The notes below the pieces were generated by a model. It saw only the letters and a list, made by a program, of their open reading frames with translations. It did not search any database and was not told the DNA's origin. 64,000 bases of DNA, from the NCBI RefSeq assembly GCF_009914755.1, contig NC_060933.1, one strand, 5' to 3'. Made by a program: the position numbers and the translations under genes. Positions 27,686 to 42,000 of the stretch are shown piece by piece. Source of the DNA: the human T2T-CHM13v2.0 reference genome, Homo sapiens. The first letter of the stretch is position 1, and every line of letters starts with the position of its first letter.

Positions 27686-30600
27686 AATGGAATTGAAAGG
27701 AAAGGAATGGAAAGGAATGGAATGGAATGGAACGGAATGAAATGGAATGGCATAGAATGGAATGGAATCAACCCGAGCGCAATGGAATGGAATGGAATGG
27801 AATGCAATGGATTCAACCCGAATGGAATGGAAAGGAATGGAATAAACCCGAGTGAAATGGCATGGAAGGGAATGGAATGGAATGGAATGGTACAGAGTAG
27901 AATGGAATGGAACGAAATGGAATGGAATGGAATGGAATGGAATGGAATGGACCCGTGAGCAATGGAATGGAATGGAATGGAATGGAATGGAAGGGAATGG
28001 AATGGGTTAAATTCGAATGGAATGGAAAGGAATGGAATCAAACGGAGTGCAATGGCATGGAATGGAATGGAATGGAATGGAATGGAATGGAATGGAATCA
28101 ACCCGAATGGAATGGAAAGGAATGGAATAAACCCGAGTGGAATGGCATGGAATGGAGTGGAATGGAATGGAATGGAATGGAATGGAATGGAATGGAATGG
28201 AATGGAATTAACCCTAATAGAATGGAATGTAATGTAATGGAATGGAATGGAATGGAATGGAAGGGAATGGAATGGAATGGAATGGAATGGAATTAACACG
28301 AATAGAATGGAATGGAATGGAATGGAATGGAATGGAATGGAATGGAATCAACTCGATTTCAATGGAACGGAATGGAATGGAATGGAATGGAATGGAAGGG
28401 AATGGAATGAAATTAACCCGAATAGAATGGAATGGAATGGAATGGAATGGAATGGAATGGAATGGAATGGAATGGAATAGAATGGAATCCAACCGAGTGC
28501 AGTGGAATGGAATGGAATGGAATGCAATGGAATGGAATCATACGGAATGGAATGGAATGGAATGGAATGAAATGGAATGGAATGCAATGGAATGGAATGG
28601 AATAAACCCGAGTGGAATGGCATGGAATGGAGTGGAATGGAATTCAATGGAAGGGAATGGTACGGAATAGAATGGAATGGAACGAAATGGAATGGAATGG
28701 AATGGAATGGAATGGAATGAACCCGTGTGCAATTGAATGGAATCGAATGGAATGGAAGGCAATGGAATGGATTCAACTAGAATGGAATGGAAAGGAATGG
28801 AATCAACCCGAGTGGAATGGCATGGCATGGAATGGAATGGAATGGAATGGAAAGGAATAGTACGGAATAGAATGGAATCCACCCGATTGCAGGGGAATGG
28901 AATGGAATGGAATGGAATGGAATGGAATGGAATGGAATGGATTCAACCCGAATGGAATGGAAAGGAATGGAATCAACCCGAGTGGATTGGCATGGAATGG
29001 AATGGAATGGAATGGAATGGTAGGGAATAGAATGGAATGGAACGAAATGGAATGGAATGGAATGGAATGGAATGGAATGGAATCAAGCTGAGTGCAATGG
29101 AATGGAGTGGAAGGGAATGTAATGGAACGGAAACAACACAAATGGAATGGAATGTAATGGAGTGTAAGGGAATTGAATACAAAAATCCGAATGTAATGGA
29201 ATGGAATGGAATGGAATGCAATGGAATGGAAAAGAATGGAATGGAATGAAATGGAATGGCAGGGAATGGAATGGAATCAACCCGAGTGCAATGGAATGGA
29301 ATGGAATGGAATGGAATGGAATGGAATGGATTCAACCCGAATGGAATGGAAAGGAATGGAATAAACCCGAGTGGAATGGCATGGAATGGAATGGAATGGA
29401 ATGGAATGGTACGGAATAGAATGGAATGGAACGAAATGGAATGGAATGGAATGGAATGGAATGGAATGGAATGGAATGGAATCAACCTCAGTGCAATGGA
29501 ATGGAATGGAATGGAATGGAATGGAATGGAAACAACCCGAATGGAATGGAATGTAATGGAGTGTAAGGAATTGAATACAATCAATCCGAATGTAATGGAA
29601 TGGAAAGGAACAGAATGGAATGGAATGGAATGCAGTGGAATGGATTCAAACCTAGTGCAATGGAATGGAATGGAATGGAATGGAATGGAATGGAATGGAT
29701 TGGATTCAACCCAAATGGAATGGACAGCAATAGAATCAACCCGAGTGGAATGGCATGGAATGGAATGGAATGGAATGGAATGCAATGGAATGGAATGGTA
29801 CGGAATAGAATGGAATGGAACGAAATGGAATGGAATGGAATGGAATGGAACGGTATGGAATGGAATCAACTCGATTGCAATGGAATGTAATGGAATGGAA
29901 TGGAATTAACGCGAATAGAATGGAATGGAATGGAATGGAACGGAATGGAATGGAATGGGATGGAATGGAATCAATCTGAGTGCAGGGGAATGGAATGGAA
30001 TGGAATGCAATGGAATGGAATGGAATGGAATGGAATGCAATGGAATGGAATGGAATGGAATGGAATGCAATGGAATCAACTCGATTGCAATGGGATGGAA
30101 TGGAATGGAATGGAATGGAAGGGAATGGAATGGAATGGAATTAACCTGAACAGAATGGAATGGAATGGAATGGAACGGAATGGAATGGAATGGAATGGAA
30201 TGGAATCAACCCGATTGCAATGGAATGGAGTGGAATGGAATGGAATGGAATGGAAACAACCCGAATGGAATGGAATGTAATGGAGTGTAAGGGAATTGAA
30301 TAGAATAAATACGAATATAATGGAATGGAATGGAACGGAATGGAATGCAATGGAATGGAATGCAATGCAATGGAATGGGATCAACCCGAGTGTAATGGAA
30401 TGGAATCGAAAGGAATGGAATGGAATGGAATGGTTTCAACCCGAATGGAATGGAAAGGAATGGAATCATCCCGAGTGGAATGGAATGGAATGGAATGGAA
30501 TGGAATGGAATGGAATGGAATGGAATGAACCCGTGTGCAATGGAATGGAATCGAATGGAATGGAATGGAATGGAATGGAATGGATTCAAGTCGAATGGAA

Positions 30601-31939
30601 TGGAAAGGAATGGAATCAACCCGAGTGGAATGGCATGGAATGGAATGGAATGAAATGGAATGGAATGGAATGGAGTGGTACGGAATAGAACGGAATGAAA
30701 CGAAATGGAATGGAATGGAATGGAATGGAAAGGAATGGAATGGAATCAACCCGAGTACAGGGGAATGGAATGGAATGGAAGGCAATGGAATGCAATCATC
30801 CGGAATTGAATGGAATGGAATGGAATGGAATGGAATCAACTCGATTGCAATGGAATGTAATGGAATGGAATGGAATGGAATTAACCCTAATAGAATGGAA
30901 TGGAATGGAATGGAAGGGAATGGAATGGAATGGAATGGAATGGAATTAACCGGAATAGAATGCAATGGAATGGAATGGAATGGAATGAAATGGAATCAAC
31001 TCGATTTCAATGGAATGGAATGGAATGCAATGGAATGGAATGGAATGGAATGGAATGAAATTAACCCGAATAGAATGGAATGGAATGGAATGGAATGGAA
31101 TGGAATGGAATGGAATGGAATAGAGTGGAATGGAATGGAATGGAATAGAATGGAATCCACCCGAGTGCAGGGGAATGGAATGGAATGGAATGCAAAGGAA
31201 TGGAATCATACGGAATGGAATGGAATGGAATGGAATGGAATCAACCCGATTGCAATGGAATGGAGTGGAATGGAATGGAATGGAATGGAAACAACCCGAA
31301 TGAAATGGAATGGAATGGAGTGTAAGGGAAGTGAATAGAATCAATACGAATGTAATGGAATGGAATGGAACGGAATGGAATGCAATGGAATGGAATGGAA
31401 TCCAATGGAATGGGTTCAACCCTAGTGCAATGGAATGGAATCGAAAGTAATGGAATGGAATGGAATGGATTCAACACGAATGGAATGGAAAGGAATGGAA
31501 TCAACCCGAGTGGAATGGAATTTAATGGAATGGAATGGAATGGAATGCTGTGAAATGGAATCAAACCTAGTGCAATGGAATGGAATGGAATGGAATGGAA
31601 TGGAATGGATTAGATTCAACCCAAATGGAATGGAAAGCAATGGAATCAACCCGAGTGGAATGGCATGGAATGCAATGGAATGGAATGGAATGGAAAGGTA
31701 CGGAATAGAATGGAATGGAACGAAATGGAATGGAATGGAATGGAATGGATTGGAATGGAATGGAATGGAATGGAATGGAAAGGAATAGCATGGAATCAAC
31801 ACGAGTGTAATGGAATGGAAAGGACTGGAATGGAGTGGAATGGCATGGAATGGAATGGAATGGAATGGAATCAACTCGATTGGAATGGAATGGAATGGAA
31901 TGGAATGGAATGGAATGGAATGGAATGGAATGGAATTAA

Positions 31940-34900
31940 CCCGAATAGAATGGAATGGAATGGAATGGAACGGAACGGAACGGAATGGAATGGAATGGAA
32001 TGGAATGCAATCAACCCGACTGCAGGGGAATGGAATGGAATGGAATGGAATGGAATGGAATGGAATGGAATCATCCGGAACGGAATGGAATGGAATGGAA
32101 TGGAATCAACTCGATTGCAATGGAATGGAAGGGAATGGAATGGAATCGAATGTAATGGAATGGAATTAACCAGAATAGAATGGAATGGAATGGAATGGAA
32201 CGGAATGGAATGGAATGGAATGGAATGGAATGGAATCAACCCGACTGCAGGGGAACGGAATGGAATGGAATGCAACGGAATGGAATCATCCGGAATGGAA
32301 TGGAATGGAATGGAATGCCATCAACCTGATGCAATGGAATGGAGTGGAATGGAATGGAATGGAATGGAATGGAAACATCCCGAATGGAATGGAATGTAAT
32401 GGAGTGTAAGGGAATTGAATAGAGTCAATCCGAATGTAATGGAATGGAATGGAATGAAATGGAATGTAATGGAATGGAATGGAATCAACCCGAGTGCAAT
32501 GGAATGGACTCGAATGGAATGGAATGGAATGGAATGGATTCAACAAGAATGGAATGGAAAGGAATGGAATCAACCCGAGTGTAATGGCATGCAATGGAAC
32601 GGAATGGAATGGGATGGAATGGAATGGTACGGAACAGAATGGAATGGAATGAAATGGAATGGAATGCAATGGAATGGAATGGAATGGAATGGAATGAACC
32701 CGTGTGCAATGGAATGGAATAGAATGGAATGGATTCAACTCGAATGGAATCATATCGATTGCAATGGAATGGAATGGAATGGAAAGGAATAGAATGGAAT
32801 CAACCCGAGTGGAATGGAATGGAAAGGACTGGAATGGAGTGGAATGCAATGGAATGGAATTAACCCGAATAGAATGAAATGGAACGGAATGGAACGGAAT
32901 GTAATGCAATGGAATCGAATGGAATCAACCAGAGTGCAGGGGAATGGAATGGAATGGAATGCAATGCAATGGAATCATCCGGAATGGAATGGAATGGAAT
33001 GGAATGGAATCAACTCGATTTCAATGGAATGGAATGGAATAGAATGGAATGGAATTAACACGAATAGAATGGAATGGAATGGAATGCAATGGAACAGAAA
33101 GGAATGGAATGGAATGGAATGGAATCAACCCAAGTGCAGGGGAATGGAATGGAATGGATTTCAATGGAATGGAATCATCCGGAATGGAATGGAATGGAAT
33201 GGAATGGAATGGAATGGAATGGAATGGAATCAACCCGAGTGCAATGGAATGGAGAGGAATGGAATGGAATGGAATGCAAACTACCCGAATGGAATGGAAT
33301 GTAATGGAGTGTAAGGGAATTGAATAGAATGAATCCGAATGGAATGGAATGGAATGGAAAGGAATGGAATGGAATGGAATGGAATGCAATGCCATGGAAT
33401 CAACCCGAGTGCAATCGAATGGAATCGAATGGAATGGAATGCAATGGAATGGATTCAACTTGAATGGAATGGAAAGAATGGAATCAACACGAGTGGAATG
33501 GCATGGATTGGAATGGAATGGAATGGAATCAACCCGAGTACAGGGGAATGGAATGGAATGGAATGAAATGGAATGGAATCATACGTAATGCAATGGAAAG
33601 GAATGGAATGGAATGGAATGGAATGGAATGGAATGGAATGGAATCAACTCGATTGCAATCGAATGGAATGGAATGGAATTAACCCGCACAGAATGGAATG
33701 GAATGGAATGGAATGGAACGGAACGGAATGGAATGGAATGGAATGGAATGGAATGGAATGGAATGGAATCAACCCGACTGCAGGGGAATGGAATGGAATG
33801 GAATGGAATGGAATGGAATGGAATCATCCGGAACGGAATGGAATGGAATGGAATGGAATCAACTCGATTGCAATGGAATGGAAGGGAATGGAATGGAATC
33901 GAATGTAATGGAATGGAATTAACCAGAATAGAATGGAATGGAATGGAATGGAACGGAATGGAATGGAATGGAATGGAACGGAATGGAATGGAATCAACCC
34001 GAGTGCAGGGGAACGGAATGGAATGGAATTCAACGGAATGGAATCATCCGGAATAGAATGGAATGGAATGGAATGCCATCAACCTGATGCAATGGAATGG
34101 AGTGGAATGGAATGGAATGGAATGGAAACATCCCGAATGGAATGGAATGTAATGGAGTGTAAGGGAATTGAATAGAATCAATCCGAATGTAATGGAATGG
34201 AATGGAATGAAATGGAATGGAATGGAATGGAATGGAATCAACCCGAGTGCAATGGAATGGATTCGAATGGAATGGAATGGAATGGAATGGATTCAACAAG
34301 AATGGAATGGAAAGGAATGGAATCAACCCGAGTGTAATGGCATGGAATGGAACGGAATGGAATGGGATGGAATGGAATGGTACGGAATAGAATGGAATGG
34401 AATGAAATGCAATGGAATGGAATGGAATGGAATGGAATGGAATGAACCCGTGTGCAACTGAATGGAATGGAATGGAATGGATTCAACTCGAATGGAATCA
34501 AATCGATTGCAATGGAATGGAATGGAATGGAAAGGAATAGAATGGAATCAACCCGAGTGGAATGGAATGGAAAGGACTGGAATGCAATGGAATGGAATTA
34601 ACCCGAATAGAATGAAATGGAACGGAATGGAACGGAATGTAATGCAATGGAATCGAATGGAATCAACCAGAGTGCAGGGGAATGGAATGGAATGGAATGC
34701 AATGCAATGGAATCATCCGGAATGGAATGGAATGGAATGGAATGGAATGGAATGGAATGGAATGGAATGGAATGGAATCAACTCGATTTCAATGGAATGG
34801 AATGGAATAGAATGGAATGGAATTAACACGAATAGAATGGAATGGAATGGAATGGAATGGAACAGAAAGGAATGGAATGGAATGGAATGGAATCAACCCA

Positions 34901-35500
34901 AGTGCAGGGGAATGGAATGGAATGGAATTCAATGGAATGGAATCATCCGGAATGGAATGGAATGGAATGGAATGGAATGGAATGGAATGGAATGGAATGG
35001 AATCAACCCGAGTGCAATGGAATGGAGAGGAATGGAATGGAATGGAATGAAAACTACCTGAATGGAATGGAATGTAATGGAGTGTAAGGGAATTGAATAG
35101 AATGAATCCGAATGGAATGGAATGGAATGGAAAGGAATGGAATGGAATGGAATGGAATGCAATGCCATGGAATCAACCCGAGTGTAATCGAATGGAATCG
35201 AATGGAATGGAATGCAATGGAATGGATTCAACTTGAATGGAATGGAAAGAATGGAATCAACACGAGTGGAATGGCATGGATTGGAATGGAATGGAATGGA
35301 ATCAACCCGAGTACAGGGGAATGGAATGGAATGGAATGAAATGGAATGGAATCATACGTAATGTAATGGAAAGGAATGGAATGGAATGGAATGGAATGGA
35401 ATGGAATGGAATGGAATGGAATCAACTCGATTGCAATCGAATGGAATGGAATGGAATTAACCCGCACAGAATGGAATGGAATGGAATGGAATGGAACGGA
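31940..35500 (-). repeat. Tandem dimer of a ~1.75-1.78 kb higher-order unit
   Basis: Rare markers repeat at offsets of 1753-1778: GCCATCAACCTGATG 32317/34075, GGAAACATCCCG 32371/34124, CAACAAGAAT 32541/34294, GCCATGGAAT 33391/35164 and AACCCGCACA 33681/35459. Confidence 0.9.
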
Positions 35501-35742
35501 ACGGAATGGAATGGAATGGAATGGAATGGAATGGAAGGGATCGGAATGGAATGGAATGGAATGGAATGGAATGGAATCAACACGAGTCCAGGGGAATGGA
35601 ATGGAATGGAAGGCAATGCAATGGAATCTTCCGGAATGGAATGGAATGGAATGCAATGGATTCAACTCGATTGCAATGGAATGGAATAGAATGGAATGGA
35701 ATGGAATGGAATGGAATTAACCCGAATGGAATGGAATGGAAT

Positions 35743-35777
35743 GGAACGGAACGGAACGGAACGGAACGGAACGGAAC
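35743..35777 (+). repeat. (GGAAC)7 variant-pentamer run
   Basis: Seven consecutive GGAAC units replace GGAAT. Confidence 0.9.
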
Positions 35778-36099
35778 GGAATGGAATGGAATGGAATGGA
35801 ATTGTATGGAATGGAATGGAATGGTACGGAATAGAATGGAATGGAAAGAATTGGAATGGAATGGAATCGAATGGAATGGAATGGAATGGAATGGAATCAA
35901 CCCGAGTGCAGGGGAATGTAATGGAACGGAATGTAATGGAATGGAATCATCCGGAATGGAATGGAATGGAATGGAATGGAATGGAATGGAATGGAATGGA
36001 ATCAAACCGAGTGCAATGGAATGGAGTGGAATGGAATGGAATGGAATGGAACAACCCGAATGGAATGGAATGTAATGGAGAGTAAGGGAGTTGAATAGA

Positions 36100-39000
36100 A
36101 TCAATCCGAATGTAATGGAATGGAATGGAACGGAATGGAATGGAATGGAATGGAATGGAATGGAATCGTTCGGAGTGGAATAAGAGGGAATGTATTCGAG
36201 TGGAATGGAAAGCAATGGAATCAACCAGAGTGGAATGGAAGGGAATGGAATGGAATGGAAACTAATAGATTGGAATCAACCCGAGTGGAATGGAATGGAA
36301 AGGACTGGAATGGAATGGAATGGAATGGAATGGAATCAACTGGATGGTAATGGAATGGAATGGAATGGAATGGAATGGAATGGAATTAACCCGAATACAA
36401 TGGAATGGAATGGAATGGAATGGAATGGAATGGAACGGAATGGAGTCGAATGGAATGGATTCAACCCGAGTGCAGGGGAATGGAATGGAATGGAATGCAA
36501 TGGAATGGAATCATCCGGAATGGAATGGAATGGAATGGAATGCAAAGCAATGGAATCAACTCGATTGCAATGGAAAGGAATGGAATGGAATGGAATAGAA
36601 TGGAATCAACCTGATTGGAATGGAATGGAAAGGACTGGAATGGAGTGGAATGGAATGGAATGGAATGGAATGGAATGCAATGGAATGGTATGGAATGGAA
36701 TGGAATGGTACGGAATAGAATGGAATGGAAGGAATTGTAATGGAATGGAATTCAATGGAATGGAATGGAATGGAATGGAATCAACGCGAGTGCAGGGGAA
36801 TGTAATGGAACGGAATGCAATGGAATGGAATCATCCGGAATGGAATGGAATGGAATGGAATGGAATGGAATCAACCCGAGTGCAATGGAATGGAGTGGAA
36901 TGGAATGGAATGGAATGGAACAACCCGAATGGAATGGAATGTAATGGAGAGTAAGTGAGTTGAATAGAATCAATCCGAATGTAATGGAATGGAACGGAAT
37001 GGAATGGAATGGAATGGAATGGAATGGAATGGAATGGAATGGAATGCAATGGAATAGAATCAACCCGAGTACAATGGAACGGAATGGAATGGAATGGAAT
37101 GGAATGGAATGGAATGGAATGGAATGGAATCAACCCGAGTGCAATGGAATGGAGAGGAATGGAATGGAATGGAATGGAAACTACCCGAATGGAATGGAAT
37201 GTAATGGAGTGTAAGGGAATTGAATAGAATCAATCCGAATGGAATGCAATGGAATGCAATGGAACGGAATGGAATGGAATGGAATGGAATGGAATGGAAA
37301 GGAACGGAACGGAACGGAACGGAATGGAATGGAATGGAATGGAATGGAATGGAATGGAATCAACACGAGTGCACGGGAATGGAATGGAATGGAATGCAAT
37401 GGAATGGAATCTTCCGGAATGGAATGGAATGGAATGGAATGGAATGAAATGCAGTGGATTCAACTCGATTGCAATGGAATGGAATGGAATGGATTGGAAT
37501 TAACCCGAATAGAATCGAATGGAATGGAATGGAACGGAATGGAACGGAATGGAATGGAATGGAATGGAATGGAATGGAATGGTATGAAATGGAATGGAAT
37601 GGTACGGAATAGAATGGAATGGAACGAATTGTAATGGAATGGAATTGAATGGAATGGAGTGGAATGGAATGGAATCAACGCGAGTGCAGGGGAATGTAAC
37701 GGAACGGAATGCAATGGAATGGAATCATCCGGAATGGAATGGAATGGAATCAACCCGAGTGCAATGGAATGGAGTGGAATGGAATGGAATGGAATGGAAC
37801 AACCCGAATGGAATGGAATGTAATGGAGAGTAAGGGAGTTGAAAAGAATCAATCCGAATGTAATGGAATGGAATGGAACGGAATGGAATGGAATGGAATG
37901 GAATGGAATGCAATGGAATGGAATCAACCCGAGTACAATGGAATGGAATGGAATGGAATGGAATGGAACGGAATGGAATGGAATGGAATGCAATGGAATG
38001 GAATCTTCCGGAATGGAAAGGAATGGAATGGAATGGAATGGAATGGAATGGAATGCAATGGATTCAACTCGATTGCAATGGAATGGAATAGAATGGAATG
38101 GAATGGAATGGAATGGAATTAAACCGAATAGAATGGAATGGAATGGAATGGAACGGAACGGAACGGAACTGAACGGAACGGAACGGAGTGGAATGGAATG
38201 GAATGGAATTGTATGGAATGGAATGGAATGGTACGGAATAGAATGGAATGGAATGAATTGGAATTGAATGGAATCGAATGGAATGGAATGGAATGGAATG
38301 GAATCAACCCGAGTGCAGGGGAATGTAATGGAACGGAATGCAATGGAATGGAATCATCCGGAATGGAATGGAATTGAATGGAATGGAATGGAATGGAATG
38401 GAATGGAATGGAATCAACCCGAGTGCAATGGAATGGAGTGGAATGGAATGGAATGGAATGGAACAACCCGAATGGAATGGAATGTAATGGAGAGTAAGGG
38501 AGTTGAATAGAATCAATCCGAATGTAATGGAATGGAACGGAATGGAATGGAATGGAATGGAATGGAATGGAATGGAATGCAATGGAATGGAATCAACCCG
38601 AGTACATTGGAACGGAATGGAATGGAATGGAATGGAATGGAATGGAATGGATTGGAATGGAATGGAATCAACCCGAGTGCAATGGAATGGAGAGGAATGG
38701 AATGGAATGGAATGGAAACTACCCGAATGAAATGGAATGTAATGGAGTGTAACGGAATTGAATAGAATCAATCCGAATGGAATGGAATGGAATGGAACGG
38801 AATGGAATGGAATGGAATGGAATGGAATGGAAAGGAACGGAACGGAACGGAACGGAATGGAATGGAATGGAATGGAATGGAATGGAATGGAATCAACGCG
38901 AATGCAGGGGAATGGAATGGAATGGAATGCAATGGAATGGAATCTTCCTGAATGGAATGGAATGGAATGGAATGGAATGAAATGCAATGGATTCAACTCG

Positions 39001-42000
39001 ATTGCAATGGAATGGAATAGAATGGAATGGAATTGAATGGAATGGAATGGAATTAACCCGAATAGAATCGAATGGAATGGAATGGAACGGAATGGAACGG
39101 AATGGAATGGAATGGAATGCAATGGAATGGAATGGTATGAAATGGAATGGAATGGTACGGAATAGAATGGAATGGAACGAATTGTAATGGAATGGAATTG
39201 AATGGAATGGAGTGGAATGGAATGGAATCAACGCGAGTGCAGGGGAATGTAATGGAACGGAATGCAATGGAATGGAATCATCCGGAATGGAATGGAATGG
39301 AATGGAATGGAATGGAATCAACCCGAGTGCAATGGAATGGAGTGGAATGGAATGGAATGGAATGAAACAACCCGAATGGAATGGAATGTAATGGAGAGTA
39401 AGGGAGTTGAATAGAATCAATCCGAATGTAATGGAATGGAATGCAACGGAATGGAATGGAATGGAATGGAATGGAATGGAATGGAATGGAATGGAATGGA
39501 ATCAACTCGAGTGGAAAGGAATGGAATGGAATGGAAAGGAATGGAATGAAATCAACTCGAGTGGAATGGAATGGAATGGAATGGATTGGAATGGATTGCA
39601 ATGGAATGAAATGGAATGGAATGGAATGGAATCAATCATTCCGAGTGGAATGGAAGGGAATGTAATGGAGTGGAAAGAAGGGAATGGAATCAACCCGATT
39701 GGAATGCAAGGCAATGGAATGGAATGGAAAGGCATGGAATAGAATCAACTCGATTGCAATGGAATGGAATGGATTGGAATGGAATGGAATGGAATGGAAT
39801 GGAATGGAATTAACCAGAATAGAATGGAATGCAATGGAATGGAACGGAATGGAATGGAATGGAAGGGAATGGAATCAACACGAGTGCAGGGGAATGGAAT
39901 GGAATGGAATGCAATGGAATGGAATCATCCGGAATGGAATGGAATGAAATCAACTCCATTGCAATGGAATGGAATGGAATGGAATGGAATGGAATAGAAT
40001 GGAATGGAATTAACCCGAATAGAATGTAATGCAATAGAATGCAATGGAACGGAACCGAATGGAGTGGAATGGAATGGAATGGAATCAACCTGAGTGCAGG
40101 GGAATGGAATGGAATGGAATGCAATGGAATGGAATCATCCGGAATGGAATGGAATGGAATGGAATGGAATCAAACCGAGTGCAATGGAATGGAGTGAAAT
40201 GGAATGGAATGGAATGGAAACAACCAGAATGGATTGGAATATAATGGAGTGTAAGGGAATTGAATAGAATCAATCTGAATGTAATGAAATGCAATGGAAA
40301 AGAATGGAATGGAATGGAATGGAATCGAATGGAATGGAATGGAATGGAATCAACCCGAGTGCAATGGAATGGATTCGAATGGAATGGAATGGAGTGGAAT
40401 GGATTCAACCCGAATGGAATGGAAAGGAATGGAATCAACCCGAGTGGAATGGCATTGAATGGAATGGAATGGAATGGAATGGAATGGAATGGAATGGTTC
40501 GGAATAGAATGGATTGGAACAAAATGGAATGGAATGGAATGGGATGGAATGGAATGGAATGGAATGGAATCAAGTCGATTGCAATGGAATGGAATGGAAT
40601 GGAATGGAACGGATTGGAATGGAATGGAATGGAATGGAATGGAATTAAATGGAATGGAATGGAATGGAATGGAATCATCCCGAGTGCAGGGGAATGGAAT
40701 GGAATGGAATGCAATGGAATGGAATGGAATGGAATGGAATGGAATGGAATGGAATGGAATGGAATGGAATCAACCCGAGTGGAAAGGCATGGAATGGAAT
40801 GCAATGGAATGGAATGGAATGGAATCAACTCGAGTGGAAAGAAATGGAATGGAATGGAATGGAAAGGAATGGAATGAAGTCAACTCGAGTGGAATGTAAT
40901 GGAATGGATTGGAATGGAATGCAATGGAATGAAATGGAATGGAATGGAATGGAATCAATCATTCCGAGTGGAATGGAAGGGAATGTAATGGAGTGGAAAG
41001 AAGGGAATGGAATGAACCCGAGTGGAATGCAAGGCAATGGAATGGAATGGAAAGGAATGGAATGGAATAAATTCGATTGCAATGGAAAGGAATTGAATGG
41101 AATGGAGTGGAAAGGAATGGAATGGAATGAAATGGAATGGAATGGAATCCAATGGAATGGAATCAACCCGAGTGCAATCGAATGGAATCGAATGGAATGG
41201 AATGCAATGGAATGGATTCAACTTTAATGGAATGGAAAGAATGGAATCAACACGAGTGGAATGGCATGGATTGGAATGGAATGGAATGGAATCAACCCGA
41301 GTACAGGGGAATGGAATGGAATGCAATGGAATGGAATCATCCGTAATGGAATGGAAAGGAATGGAATGGAATGGAATGGAATGGAATGGAATGGAATGGA
41401 ATGGAATCAACTCGATTGAAATCGAATGGAATGGAATGGAATTAACCCGAATAGAATGGAATGGAATGGAATGGAACGGAACGGAACGGAATGGAATGGA
41501 ATAGAATGGAATGGAATGGAATGGAAGTAAACAGAATAGAATGGAATGCAATGGAATGGAACGGAATGGAATAGAATGGAAGGGAATGGAATCAACACGA
41601 GTGCAGGGGAATGGAATGGAATGGAATACAATGGAATGGAATCATCCGGAATGGAATGGAATGGAATGAAATCAACTCCATTGCAATGGAATGGAATGGA
41701 ATGGAATGGAATAGAATGGAATGGAATTAACCCGAATAGAATGGAATGCAATAGAATGTAATGGAACGGAACCGAATGGAGTGGAATGGAATGGAATGGA
41801 ATCAACCTGAGTGCAGGGGAATGGAATGGAATGGAATGCAATGGAATGGAATCATCCGGAATGGAATGGAATGGAATGGAATAGAATCAAACCGAGTGCA
41901 ATGGAATGGAGTGAAAAGGAATGGAATGGAATGGAAACAACCAGAATGGATTGGAATATAATGGAGTGTAAGGGAATTGAATAGAATCAATCTGAATGTA

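Larger units (their letters stand above)
23640..28590. repeat. Extended inverted repeat: ~27685-28590 mirrors ~23640-24490
   Basis: Diagnostic variants are shared in mirror order: GCGCTCGGG ~24396 / CCCGAGCGC ~27772, CTATGCC / GGCATAG, GCTCACGGG 24201 / CCCGTGAGC ~27952, ATTAGGGTT / AACCCTAAT, GAAATCGAG / CTCGATTTC, CACTCGGTTGG / CCAACCGAGTG and CCGTATGA / TCATACGG. Confidence 0.8.
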
